Part shown: piece after piece, positions 23,648 through 35,217 of the stretch
Layout of the letters: every line of letters begins with the position of its first letter
Numbering within the stretch: position 1 is the first letter of the stretch
DNA from: Perkinsela sp. CCAP 1560/9
Lineage: Eukaryota; Protista; Euglenozoa: Kinetoplastea
Direction: 5' to 3'
Assembly: GCA_965644495.1 (NCBI GenBank)
Contig: CBFFSA010000002.1
Coordinates: 806,001 to 870,000, forward strand
DNA: 64,000 nt
Made by a program: the position numbers and the translations under genes
The notes under the pieces: generated by a model
Databases searched by the model: none
What the model was told of the DNA's origin: nothing
What the model saw: the letters and a program-made list of their open reading frames with translations, nothing else

Positions 23648-26600
23648 ATGTATGCTTATGAAGTGCTTTTAGCCTTGCCCCTGCTCTATATTTACGTTCT
23701 GTTTCCCTGCATAGCGCGTCATGGTCGTCTAAAGTCTTCCATTGGTGTACAGACATATAAATTTACTTCTGAAGCAGCGGATGTGGACGTCTTGCGGAGG
23801 ACAGGTGATCTAAATGGAACGCTTGCGAAAAATGAAGAGGAGGGATATTGCTCAGAAGACGTGTCCACACCGAGGGCCTCTGCATTTAAAGGACAAGAAT
23901 CTACTACCCATGCAACGTCTCAACGAATTTCTTCCGAGGATTGTGTGCACTCCCTGAATACGGATTTGGACGACAGCGAGCTAGAAGAGCTGTTGGGCAT
24001 CACCCCTCAAATGTCGCTTCAATCTAGTTTTCAACTGCTTTTGAAGGATATAGAGAATCCGCATAGGAGTTGGAAATCAACCACGCACCCATGTGACTGG
24101 TACGGTGTGCAGTGTGGTGAACCCTGTACAAGAGAACCGGTGACAAATACTTCAATCACGCATGAAGGTGCACACTCTCCCGATATTTCCAGGAATGTGT
24201 CATCTGACTTATGCCTATCAGGCGATATAGAAAGCGGTTATAAAAATAGCTTCAGAGGTGATCCCGTGGGCCAGGTTGTAGCAATTGATTGGGGAGATCT
24301 ACAGCTTCATGGTTCTCTGGATTGGACAGCTTTTCCCCTCACCCTTAGATCGCTTCGATTGTGCAAAAATATGTTACATGGTTCAGTGCAATTTCAATCT
24401 CTTCCGCGATGCCTTATTGAAATTTCCCTCCGAAACAACCAACTCACGGGCTTTCTTCACGATCTCATTTTTCTCCCCCCCAATCTTGAGAAAATTGATT
24501 TGGGTGACAACAAGTTTAGGGGACTACTTCCTTCCCATGCGTGGCCAAGCTCGCTGCTAGAGGTGTTCCTTGATCATAATCAAGTCATGGGTGGCGTTTC
24601 TATGGATACGCTTCCTCGTTCCTTACAAATTATTGACCTATCGCACAACTTTCTCACGGGTGACATTTCTCTAGAAGATTTACCGAACACGCTCGTGACG
24701 CTTTCATTTGCAAACAATCAATTCTCCGGTCCCATGGACATGAAATCTCTTTCCCATTGCGAGTTTCTCTCGGAACTCTACTTAAACAACAACGAATTCT
24801 GTGGTTCGATTGACTGGAACGCACTTCCATCGTCGCTTCAAAAACTATCTCTTGCTCACAACGAACTGGAGGGTCCTATGCTCCTCGACAAACTCCCCCC
24901 CGCGCTCCTCGAACTCGACGTCCGTCACAACCTCCTTTTCGGGGAACTTCGTCTCCCCTCCTCCCCCTCCCCCCTCCACACCCTCCACCTCTCCCACAAC
25001 ACCCTCCACGGTCCCCTCACCCTCCCCCCTCCCTCCTCCCTCCCCGACCTCCACACCCTCAACCTCTCCCACAACGCTCTCTCCGGAACCCTCCCCTCCC
25101 CCCTCCCCCCCGCTCTCCATCTCCTCGATCTGAGTCATAACAGCCTCCACGGTCCCCTCTCTCTCCACACCCTCCCCTCTTCTCTCCATGTCCTCGATCT
25201 GAGTCATAACAGCCTCCACGGTCCCCTACCCCCCGAATCCCTTCACACCCTCCCCCCTTGTCTTCAATGTCTGGACCTCAGCCACAACCGACTCGATAGA
25301 CTACCCCCCGATGCCCTTCTCGTCCTCCCCCCCTCTCTCACCACTCTCAACCTCAGCCACAACCTCCTCGACAGTGAACCCGAGCTGCGGTTCCTCCCCG
25401 AAGCACTCACTGAGTTAGACATGAGTCACAACCGGCTCTACGGCACTCTGCGGCTCCACGCGCTGCCGTGCTGGCTGCGTGTGCTGCAGCTCAGCCACAA
25501 TGAGTTCTCCGGGGAGCTGCGGTGGGGGGAGCTCCCCCGGGGGCTGGAGGTGGTGGATGTGAGTCACAACGGCCTGGAGCGCGGGTTCCCGATGGAGGTG
25601 CTGCCGGAGGGGGTGCGGAGGGTGGATCTCAGTCATAATGAGATTGTGGAAGAGGAGGCGATCGGGTTGACGGAGCTGCCGTGGTTTTTACAGGTCCTGG
25701 ATGTGAGTTATAATGGGTATGGGGGTGGGGTGGATCTTGGGGGGTTGCCGCAGGGGATGGTGGGGTTGAATTTGGCGCATAACCGGTTTACGGGGGAGCT
25801 TTTGTTGGAGGCGCTTCCGTGGTCGCTGGAGTTGTTGGATGTCTCGGATAATGATTTTACGGGGAGGGTGAGGCTTGAGCCGATACGGCCGGGTCTGCGG
25901 TATCTTTATCTTAGCAGGAACTATTTTACCGGGGATCTCGATCTCCGGGGGTTGACCAGGAAGGGGTTGTATGTGCTGGAGGCTTCGGGAAATGATTTTT
26001 GTGGGGTCGTGGACTTTGCGAACCTTCCCGACACTCTACAAAGGCTGGATTTGCACAAGAATCGGTTCTCGAAACTTCTTCATCTGGCGTCGATTCGCCC
26101 AACGTTGCGATATCTCGATCTGAGTCAAAACGATGTGAAAGAAACGGGGGAAAAACATGTTAATGGGTCACGTGGGGTGGGTGAAATGGAGAAAGACTCG
26201 TGCGATTGGACATCGGGGTACAATGGCACCGAAGACGACACATTAGAAGAGATGGAAAGTTTAGATCTGGATGAGTCCTCGCAAATGTGGACGGAGAATA
26301 GCGCTTCCTCACCTCCTAAAGATGTCTTTCCTGTGGATAGAAAGGAGCGGGCAGAAGCCGACTCTACATCCTTCATGGCTACCTCTCAAAGGGTAGAGAT
26401 CGATACAGAACATTCATTTAACAGTGCGGAAGAGCAAAACGAAGACGTGAGCGACCTTGGATTGATTTGGTCTCACCCTCTACCCAATGCCAGATACAAC
26501 TATGAAACAGCGTATGGGGAGGAAGCCATCACGGGGACTCGTAAGAACACTGCACTTGAGCGTTACAAGGCACGAGCTGAGGCCACAAGGAATGGACAAA

Positions 26601-26758
26601 CTTCTAAAATACACAAAGCAAAGGTAGATAACAAAAATGGAAACGAGAGCTCTGTATCACGCACACATTTGCTTGCTCGTGGAGTTGGGATAATACTCTG
26701 TCTCATTCTATTCGTTGTGGTTGGAGTTTTATCCTACTTTACAGTTCCACTCACTTAA
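23648..26758 (+). CDS. large membrane-anchored LRR protein (1036 aa)
   Basis: Hydrophobic N-terminus, CDWYGVQC cap, more than 20 LRRs, acidic stalk, C-terminal TM GVGIILCLILFVVVGVLSYF. Confidence 0.93.
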   Translation: MYAYEVLLALPLLYIYVLFPCIARHGRLKSSIGVQTYKFTSEAADVDVLRRTGDLNGTLAKNEEEGYCSEDVSTPRASAFKGQESTTHATSQRISSEDCVHSLNTDLDDSELEELLGITPQMSLQSSFQLLLKDIENPHRSWKSTTHPCDWYGVQCGEPCTREPVTNTSITHEGAHSPDISRNVSSDLCLSGDIESGYKNSFRGDPVGQVVAIDWGDLQLHGSLDWTAFPLTLRSLRLCKNMLHGSVQFQSLPRCLIEISLRNNQLTGFLHDLIFLPPNLEKIDLGDNKFRGLLPSHAWPSSLLEVFLDHNQVMGGVSMDTLPRSLQIIDLSHNFLTGDISLEDLPNTLVTLSFANNQFSGPMDMKSLSHCEFLSELYLNNNEFCGSIDWNALPSSLQKLSLAHNELEGPMLLDKLPPALLELDVRHNLLFGELRLPSSPSPLHTLHLSHNTLHGPLTLPPPSSLPDLHTLNLSHNALSGTLPSPLPPALHLLDLSHNSLHGPLSLHTLPSSLHVLDLSHNSLHGPLPPESLHTLPPCLQCLDLSHNRLDRLPPDALLVLPPSLTTLNLSHNLLDSEPELRFLPEALTELDMSHNRLYGTLRLHALPCWLRVLQLSHNEFSGELRWGELPRGLEVVDVSHNGLERGFPMEVLPEGVRRVDLSHNEIVEEEAIGLTELPWFLQVLDVSYNGYGGGVDLGGLPQGMVGLNLAHNRFTGELLLEALPWSLELLDVSDNDFTGRVRLEPIRPGLRYLYLSRNYFTGDLDLRGLTRKGLYVLEASGNDFCGVVDFANLPDTLQRLDLHKNRFSKLLHLASIRPTLRYLDLSQNDVKETGEKHVNGSRGVGEMEKDSCDWTSGYNGTEDDTLEEMESLDLDESSQMWTENSASSPPKDVFPVDRKERAEADSTSFMATSQRVEIDTEHSFNSAEEQNEDVSDLGLIWSHPLPNARYNYETAYGEEAITGTRKNTALERYKARAEATRNGQTSKIHKAKVDNKNGNESSVSRTHLLARGVGIILCLILFVVVGVLSYFTVPLT

Positions 26759-27247
26759 CTTTTGTCTATGGTGCGACATTTTCTTCGGTATTTTTTGTCG
26801 AAGCCCATTAGCAAGTTCCTAGCTCTTGCGCTGTCTTCAGGTGTCACTTCACCGGAATGATGTTTTATGATGTTTTTATGCATTTTGACTAGAGAAGTTT
26901 TGTTCGGAAGAATTAAATGTTCAAAATTGCACAAGAGTGTTTCGCTTTGAAGAGTGACGCATTGCTAGAGTATCTCACACGTATGGCAGCATCACATCAG
27001 GGAATCCTAGAAGAAATTTTAGCAGTGCAGTGAGTTCGAACCAGCTATTTGAGATTAGCATTTGGTTTGTTATCTGGTTCCAGAAAACGCTTTATGATTT
27101 GTATCATGACTGGAGTGTGGAAATTTTGTACAATTCAATAAGACTCGAAGCTCAGGTAGTCGAGTTTGGTGGGATTGGCTTTTTAATATTGAATTTTCTC
27201 AATTCCGTTTCGTGTACAATCGTGTACGCATGTTTTCCTACGCTTGA

Positions 27248-27655
27248 AACCAGGGTAAAGTGGACGAGGGAGATACCAATAATGTAGGTGCGGCAGTTTC
27301 CCACAGGAAAAACGGCATCTCCACCTTTTTAGGCGCCTGTCTTCATGCTATAAGGGAGATACCGTTTTTCTTGTGTGAAACTGCCGCACCTACACTATTG
27401 GTATCTCCCTCGTCCACTTTACCCTGGGTTACATAGTAAAAACATGTTTCCTAGGACTCCTTACGGCTTCCCACGCTAGGAAGTCATCGTCGTTGCGGCA
27501 AAAAGACAGAAGGCGGAGCCTACTTCCTTTTTGCCTTGCGCCTCCTCCTTCCTCTATGGTCTTGCGTATCCCGCACTTCCAGTTGAAAAAATCTGGCAAA
27601 TTGGGTTTGCAAATCGCTTCTGAAGAAAAAGTATGTTTTTCTTTTTTAAAACTAT
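27248..27655 (-). mobile_element. family B element, 5'-truncated; palindrome 27248-27430
   Basis: Reverse complement of ~7960-8385 with substitutions. Confidence 0.75.
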
Positions 27656-27658
27656 CTA

Positions 27659-27760
27659 TTGAGGGAGATACTGCTCCCTCGCTACCGTAGGTTAATTCGT
27701 CGTGCCCGATTTGTGGCCCGATTTCGTGTCCGATATCGTTTTAGGTGAGTTTTCGAAAAA
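27659..27760 (+). mobile_element. family B 5' end (hairpin plus gcccga repeats)
   Basis: TTGagggagatactgctccctcgctacc, as at 7816. Confidence 0.6.
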
Positions 27761-28362
27761 ACTGTTTACAAAGACTTATGAATCGAATTGAGTGACAAGA
27801 TCACTAGTTTTTCAACAATTCCGATGGGTACCCCCTGCCCCCCCCCCTCCCCACCGGGTGATCATAGGAGCGTCTGCAGATGGGCTAGGTTGGGGTTCCA
27901 AAAAAAACTACACGAACCTACACGGATCTACACGAATTCACACAGACTTACACAGAACCACTTTTTTCCGATTTCTATTAGTTTATTTTTAAAAATGTGT
28001 TTTACTTTGCATTTTTTATACATTTCCCAAAGCGTAAAAGAAAAACGCAACGACCTGGTTTCTGCGATAGAAATCCGCCTTCGCAATCACGAAGGAAGGA
28101 TTTTTATTCGTCGAAACCAGGTAAACGGGGGCCCGGGATAACATACCTGTAACGCGATAACATACCGGGGGGTATGTTATCGTGAACAGGGGTGGATAAC
28201 ATACCCCCCCTCTGGATTTTGGAGTTTGGGGGTCAATTTCTTTTAATCGAGACTTTTTTACATGTGTAGTACTTCCTCTTTCTTCCTCTTTCTATCCCTC
28301 AATAATACTACTGTATGGGTGATCTTTTCATTTATCTGGATTGATTTATATTTCTTTCTGGT

Positions 28363-29187
28363 TTGATTGCATATTCGTCTCATGTGCCAACGCTTTTCCC
28401 TCAACGACGGTTTCTATTTTTTGTTGCGCCGTTCGACATTGTTAGAGCAAGAGACGATGTGTTGCAAAGCTGTGTCGGTAGAATACGTGGGGCTACCATG
28501 CCACAAGAATATGAACTTGCTCACTTCGTCGAGAACGTGAAGCATGAAATATGGGACACTGCAACACCAGTTCGCAATTGGGATGGCGTTTTCTGTGACG
28601 AAGCCGAACTTGTCAGAGATATCAATTGGGGATACTATTGCCTTTCTGGGTCCCCGCACTGGGGTTGGCTTCCCTCTACACTACTCTTCTTTACCGCGCA
28701 TCGGAATAGTCTTACCGGGACGGTTCAATTGAACGAATTACCTCCGGGGCTCCTGTCTCTTAACTTATCACGAAATGCCTTTATTGGGAATTTGGACTTA
28801 AGATCCCTGCCGCGCACATTACAGTCGCTTGGATTGGGATACAACAATTTTGGAGGGAGTGTAGATTTAGGCCTCTTGCCTACTGGCTTAGAAATTCTGA
28901 CGATTAACGACAATAATCTCTCTGGAAGCATAAATTTATTTTCTTTGCCGTAACAATTGACGGCTTTATCTGTTTCTTGTAACCATTTTACGGGTACTCT
29001 AGATTTTCTGCATTTGCCGCCCACCCTACAAGAACTCTACTTAGAAAATAATAGATTTGAAGGTTCGATTCTTTTAAATTCTCTTCCTAAGAATTTAAGA
29101 CGGCTGCATCTTGAACACAATGCAAAGCTTTATGTGGAATTCAATATGACAACTATTCCTGAAACGTTAGCAGATTTCGCTTACTAA
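28363..29187 (+). pseudogene. LRR gene with one in-frame TAA (28951-28953)
   Basis: GRIRGATMPQEYEL leader; LP*QL then further in-frame LRRs to TAA at 29187. Confidence 0.85.
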
Positions 29188-29238
29188 AATGTACCGCGAC
29201 TTGTTGCTTATCTAGACTACCTTTCAAAATACTAACTA

Positions 29239-29588
29239 AAGGGGGGGTTCGTCTATTATTAACAACCATCTATTATTAAAAATGGTATTATTTCATCTAT
29301 TATTAACATTCATCCATTGTTAACAAGAATTAATTTTCTTCTTTTTTCGCAGCTTCCCTAAAGGAAAATTCGCTAAAACTGACTTTCATGGAGCTTTTTT
29401 TCGTAAAAGTGGGGTTATTCTTGGGGACAAGGGTAGGAAACGAGCCTAAAATAAGCCGAAAAGGTCTATTGTTAATAATAGGTGAAAAGTTCATCTATTA
29501 TTGAAAAAGGGGGTATTATTTCATCTATTATTAACAAACCGTCTATTATTAACAAAAAGGTTTGTTAATAATAGACGAACCCCCCCTT
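29239..29588. mobile_element. TA-flanked MITE with internal tctattattaac repeats
   Basis: TA|aagggggggttcgtctattattaacaa ... ttgttaataatagacgaacccccccctt|TA. Confidence 0.85.
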
Positions 29589-29656
29589 TAATGTAATATT
29601 TGCAAGATTAGAAAAGTCGATTCTTTTTGCTTGAAAACCACCTTACCTTTACTTTG

Positions 29657-30859
29657 TTTTTATTTTAGGTTCTTCGTTAAACGCGGTGGTTGTTTTCAAC
29701 TTAGAAGTCATTCATGCTGCGCGCTCCGCGTTGAAAACTACCACCGCGTTTAACGACGAGCCCAAAAAAGAAAAATTTCCGAAAGATCATGAATAATCTA
29801 CTCGGGTAATGCCCACTTATATTGCACCCACTTTTCTATTTTTTGGGTCAAACTGTGCCACAGAGTTGAAATGGACAGCATAACCTAAAAAGCTACTGGA
29901 TCACACGCCCGGTCACACAGCATAGGGAAACAAGTACACAATCCTGCGGAAGGGACAAACGTTGGTTCTGAGAACGCGCCCCCACTCGCTTCACATGGGA
30001 CCTCCTAGCGGTCTTCCCCGCCACTGCCATGTGGCACCGACGCCAAGCTTTTTTTGCGTGGCATTTTATCTGCCCGCAGGAAATTATCTGTGCATGGGCA
30101 CTTGGCGTGTAAAGTGGCGAACTTTAAGCATACTGCAACATTTTTTTGACGTAAAGTAGGCGGAAGGAGGAAATGAGATAAAGTGTGAAGTTACGCTGCG
30201 CAAGAAAAGATTTCAATGCATTCATATCATTATTTTGAAAGTGGGTGCAATATAAGTGGTCTGTACCCATCTACTCTTTTGGATGAAAAAGCTTGATTTT
30301 TTGGCAAAAATTGCGACATTTTACACCAATTTTGGGCCTTTTTTGATGACCAGTAGGTGCAGGAGTCGAATCTGACGAACAAAACGTCGTAGAATGGTAG
30401 GTGAGGTGCCAAACTCTTCAAATACGGTTTAGAAGTCGATTTCGGAAAACTAATATTTTTACTTTTTTCGGGTCAAAAATTTTTTTTTTGGTCATCCCAA
30501 AAATTTCGGAATTTTTGACCTTGTCGGACCCCTCCTACGCGTAACAGTGGGGGGGGTACCCCCAGGTGGGGGGTGGAAAGTCATCGCCGCGGCCTACTCT
30601 ACCTCTTCCCTGCGCTCGATCTCGAAAATCAAGATTGAAAATTTCAAAAAACGACGTATGCCCCACCCATGGAGCCCCCCCATGGACCCCCCATTTTTTT
30701 CAATTTTTTTTTCTGTTTTGGACCACCGGAGCCCCATTTTATATTTTTTTCTTCTATATATCTGTATTATATTACTGTGTTTCTCTTTATATTTTCACTG
30801 TTTTTGTTCACTTTTTTTCAATAATCGAGGGTAGAGCGGTAGTTATACAACCACCGCAA
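29657..30859 (-). mobile_element. family A1 element, interrupted by an 8-bp-TSD MITE
   Basis: Palindrome ~29657-29770; 5' hairpin ends at 30859 (gcggtagttatacaaccaccgcaa). Confidence 0.7.
29804..30268. mobile_element. MITE with GGG...CCC termini and 8-bp TSD (Mutator- or hAT-like)
   Basis: atctactc|gggta..ccacttatattgcacccact ... agtgggtgcaatataagtgg..taccc|atctactc. Confidence 0.8.
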
Positions 30860-30862
30860 CCT

Positions 30863-31555
30863 GTTTTAGACTCTTCGTTAAATGCGGTGGTTGTTTTTAA
30901 CTTAGAAGTCACTCATGCTGCGCGCTTCGCGTTGAAAACTACCACCGCGTTTAAAAGAGCCTAAAACAGGAAAATTAGCCAGAGACGCTGAAGAAAACGG
31001 AAGGATTTGAGCCAAAAATAGCCGATTTTTAGATGAAAATGGGGTGATTTTTGTATATAGAGCACTAAAGTCGACATTTGCGTGTGGGAAATGACTCGTA
31101 GGCATGCATTCGAGGCTACAGAACGTATTGGGTAGAGAATGCGACTCCAACCACACGATTCGTACGACCCAAAAAGACCTCTTGGTGTCCAAAAATTGCT
31201 TTTTCGCATTTTTTGATCAGAAATGGGATATTTTGGGAGGCGTACCACGGCTTCAAGAAGCGACACCTCGCAAAACCAATGACGTGAAAAGCTAGAATAG
31301 GTCCCGAACTATAAAAATACAATAGGCGAAACAACTTTGGAAAAATATTCTTTTTACCAATTTTTTCGTCAAGTTGAAAATTTTTTCAAATTGTTTTTTC
31401 CGAAAAAATCGGAACTTGACGGACCCGTCTTGCGGATACGAGGGGGGGTCACCCCCGGGTAGGGTATGCCCCCCCCCCCCATGGACCCCCCAGTTTTTTC
31501 AATTTTTGTTTTCAATTTTGGACCACCGGATCCCCCTTTTATATTTCTTTCCTTT
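30863..31555 (-). mobile_element. family A2 element, 5'-truncated, head-to-tail with the A1 copy
   Basis: Palindrome 30863-30967; body collinear with 42387-43200. Confidence 0.7.
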
Positions 31556-32266
31556 ACCGCGTTTAACGAAGAGCCTAGAAAAGAAAAATTTGACAGGAGA
31601 GTAAAAGGAACCAGAGGGATAATTCTGGATTTGGTCCAAAAAGAGCCGATAGTTGGGCAAAAATAGGGTTGTTTTTGCATATTTCCGCTCACATGTGTTT
31701 TCCTTCGGTTCGCACGATTTTGAACGAAGCAGGGTGGAGACCTCTTTTTTTGAAAGGCCCTTGAATTCACCCCGGCTTTTGAAGGGGGGGGGGATTTACC
31801 TCGTGGGTTTACTTCTTCGTTTTGATTCATTTGGTTTACGCCAGGGGTGCAGTTAATGCCATGTCGGAACGCTTTTCTGACAGTACGTTGGATATGCACT
31901 AATTCAGTCATCAAAAGCATATTTGTTGAATGATCAGGCTAAAAATAGAAGAAGTGATGACTGCAAACGTAGATCTGCTATGTAAATGTAAACATTTTTT
32001 TAACAAATTTGGTTTCAATTGTATTTATTTGAGTTTAGAAAATGCAAAGTTACGAATACTTACAGAGGGTTTCCGAGACACAAAGTAAAACCACAGAAAA
32101 ACTTTGATGCGATGAATCGTAAAAAAACGGTGCTGTGGACGAATTTAAGCCGAAAATTTCTCGAAAGAAAAGTGTTTTCTTTCCTTCGCTAACCTTCGAA
32201 TCATGACTTCAAAATTTTAAACCAACTTTCACTTTCAAACGTCTTCTTACACACTTATTCAGAAAT

Positions 32267-32597
32267 TTAAGTATCCGTTTCTCTTCTTTTCCCTTTGAAG
32301 TAAATGCTCGATGCGCGCTTCGCTTCTTCCGTAGTGCTAAAACACACGTGCGCCAGTCACTTTTTTGATACGATTGTTATACAATCGATTTCACCATACG
32401 AAGCGTAATGCTTGGTAAGGTCCTCTTTAGTCGTAGAGGAGGGAAGGTGTTCTATTGTGATTGAGCGCTCGTCACGCTCCGCGCGCAGAGCGCAAAACGT
32501 GTAGAGATTCTAAGTAATCATCTCTTTTGCGCTTTGTATCTCTTTCCTTGTCGGAAATGTCGTTACCATTGGTTGATTGATTCTCCGCCGAGGCCAT
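32267..32597 (-). pseudogene. RRM-domain ORF relic (copy 1)
   Basis: Manual translation: ERDERSITIEHLPSSTTKEDLTKHYASYGEIDCITIVSKK*LAHVCFSTTEEAKRA; one frameshift and one TGA. Confidence 0.7.
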
Positions 32598-33410
32598 AGT
32601 AATTTCAAAGAAAGTTTTCAAAAAAATCAAGCTGAGTCTAGAAACATTCAACTTAAAAAGCAATACATGAACGATCCCCCTTTTATATTTCTTTCCTTTA
32701 CCGCGTTTAACGAAGAGCCTAGAAAAGAAAAATTTGACAGGAGAGTAAAAGGAACCAGAGGGATAATTCTGGATTTGGTCCAAAAAGAGCCGATAGTTGG
32801 GCAAAAATAGGGTTGTTTTTGCATATTTCCGCTCACATGTGTTTTCCTTCGGTTCGCACGATTTTGAACGAAGCAGGGTGGAGACCTCTTTTTTTGAAAG
32901 GCCCTTGAATTCACCCCGGCTTTTGAAGGGGGGGGGGATTTACCTCGTGGGTTTACTTCTTCGTTTTGATTCATTTGGTTTACGCCAGGGGTGCAGTTAA
33001 TGCCATGTCGGAACGCTTTTCTGACAGTACGTTGGATATGCACTAATTCAGTCATCAAAAGCATATTTGTTGAATGATCAGGCTAAAAATAGAAGAAGTG
33101 ATGACTGCAAACGTAGATCTGCTATGTAAATGTAAACATTTTTTTAACAAATTTGGTTTCAATTGTATTTATTTGAGTTTAGAAAATGCAAAGTTACGAA
33201 TACTTACAGAGGGTTTCCGAGACACAAAGTAAAACCACAGAAAAACTTTGATGCGATGAATCGTAAAAAAACGGTGCTGTGGACGAATTTAAGCCGAAAA
33301 TTTCTCGAAAGAAAAGTGTTTTCTTTCCTTCGCTAACCTTCGAATCATGACTTCAAAATTTTAAACCAACTTTCACTTTCAAACGTCTTCTTACACACTT
33401 ATTCAGAAAT

Positions 33411-33741
33411 TTAAGTATCCGTTTCTCTTCTTTTCCCTTTGAAGTAAATGCTCGATGCGCGCTTCGCTTCTTCCGTAGTGCTAAAACACACGTGCGCCAG
33501 TCACTTTTTTGATACGATTGTTATACAATCGATTTCACCATACGAAGCGTAATGCTTGGTAAGGTCCTCTTTAGTCGTAGAGGAGGGAAGGTGTTCTATT
33601 GTGATTGAGCGCTCGTCACGCTCCGCGCGCAGAGCGCAAAACGTGTAGAGATTCTAAGTAATCATCTCTTTTGCGCTTTGTATCTCTTTCCTTGTCGGAA
33701 ATGTCGTTACCATTGGTTGATTGATTCTCCGCCGAGGCCAT
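33411..33741 (-). pseudogene. RRM-domain ORF relic (copy 2)
   Basis: Duplicate of 32267-32597. Confidence 0.7.
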
Positions 33742-33959
33742 AGTAATTTCAAAGAAAGTTTTCAAAAAAATCAAGCTGAGTCTAGAAACATTCAACTTAA
33801 AAAGCAATACATGAACGTAGAAGTCTTGTTTTTGAAGGGCCTGCCCGGAGGGCCCTTCGAGAGGGTGCAGACCCGCTGCCGCGGGGAGTGCTTTACCTCG
33901 TGACATGTAATTTTGAAGGAAACAAGCTTCTGATATCTTTTTTTGAAGGGCCCGCCCGG

Positions 33960-34240
33960 AGATCAAACACATACGAGACTTGAAAAATATTCTCAAAAAT
34001 GGGATTATTACCAGGAGAGCTATCTTCTATGGTAAGAGACGCTCCTTGTACTGGTCTCAGCTGATAAAAATCTCCAACAAAGAGCATGTTGATGCCTCCA
34101 TAGGGAAGCTGCTCATTGCCTTTGATTTGCTGCAGTCTAGTGTTGATACAGGCAAGGAAACACTTGCTGATCATTGAAACTTCGTCTGCTATGATTAATC
34201 GACATTTCTCATACCTTTGCTGGTATGGTAGAATTGTTTT
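33960..34240 (-). pseudogene. PIF1-family helicase fragment (Helitron/Helentron type)
   Basis: [11 protein letters not shown] (Walker B) ... [26 protein letters not shown] (motif III). Confidence 0.88.
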
Positions 34241-34467
34241 TGACCGGAAGTATAAAGGGGGGCGGCTGATTTTTCGTCTGGGTGAAAACGGAAGTATGAA
34301 GGGGGGTGTTGACCCCCCTGAAGTATAAAGGTGGTGGTGACAGTACCTTGGTAGTCCCATAATCTATTGTTGGCATACAGCCTTGCTCCTCTCTTTCTTT
34401 TCTGTCGTGTTATTGAAACATCTCTTCCACGATTAAACTTCGTAACGTCATAAAAAATATTGGGAAA

Positions 34468-35217
34468 TTGTTTTGCTTGTGTTTACATTTAAATTCCATG
34501 GATATGCAGGGGAGCACACGCCCCGCAAAGGTTAGTGCTGTCAATCTACCTCAGGAATACAATCTTGTGAAGGTCATAGAAAAAATAACAAACCCTGACC
34601 CCACTTGGTCGTTGGATACGCCGTCCTGTGAATGGAGAGATGTAGAGTGTGACGAGCAGAAGGAAATAGTTACTATTTACTGGTCTCACGCTCAATTATG
34701 CGGTCAACTACAGTTTAAATATGTGCCAACCTCTGTATTGAGTTTCAACGCGGAAGGGAATAAATTGGCCGGAGACGTTCACCTAGACACATTGCCTTCT
34801 AAATTGGAACGTATAAATTTATCTCACAACACTCACACAGGTTCACTGGATTTGTCTCTTCTTCCCACAAGTCTGGAAAGTGCCGATTTTGGGTGGAATC
34901 AATTTTCAGGGGGCATATGCCTCAGCCAATTACCTGCGAATCTACAAAGAATGGATTTGCAACACAACTCTTTTTCGGGAAAACTACGACTTCATAATCT
35001 CCCTCTTGCCCTGCAGCGGCTGATTCTCAACGACAATCAATTCGAAGGCAACGTAGATTTACACTCGCTTCCCCCAGATTTGTGGGCGCTGAGGTTAAGG
35101 AACAATCCTGAGTTGTGCAGTGATGTCTGTTTGCGGAAATTGCCATTTGAATTGATGGATTGGATTGTGTGCTATGGCGCAGATTGGGGAAATACCCAAA
35201 TTAAGATTTCCAAGTAG
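34468..35217 (+). CDS. small LRR protein (duplicate of 49395-50144); first ATG at 34498
   Basis: RPAKVSAVNLPQEYNL leader, CEWRDVEC cap, LRRs. Confidence 0.9.
   Translation: MFCLCLHLNSMDMQGSTRPAKVSAVNLPQEYNLVKVIEKITNPDPTWSLDTPSCEWRDVECDEQKEIVTIYWSHAQLCGQLQFKYVPTSVLSFNAEGNKLAGDVHLDTLPSKLERINLSHNTHTGSLDLSLLPTSLESADFGWNQFSGGICLSQLPANLQRMDLQHNSFSGKLRLHNLPLALQRLILNDNQFEGNVDLHSLPPDLWALRLRNNPELCSDVCLRKLPFELMDWIVCYGADWGNTQIKISK

Larger units (their letters stand above)
31529..33817. repeat. tandem duplication of a 1144-bp unit
   Basis: 31529-32672 repeated at 32673-33816; no differences noticed by eye. Confidence 0.95.
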
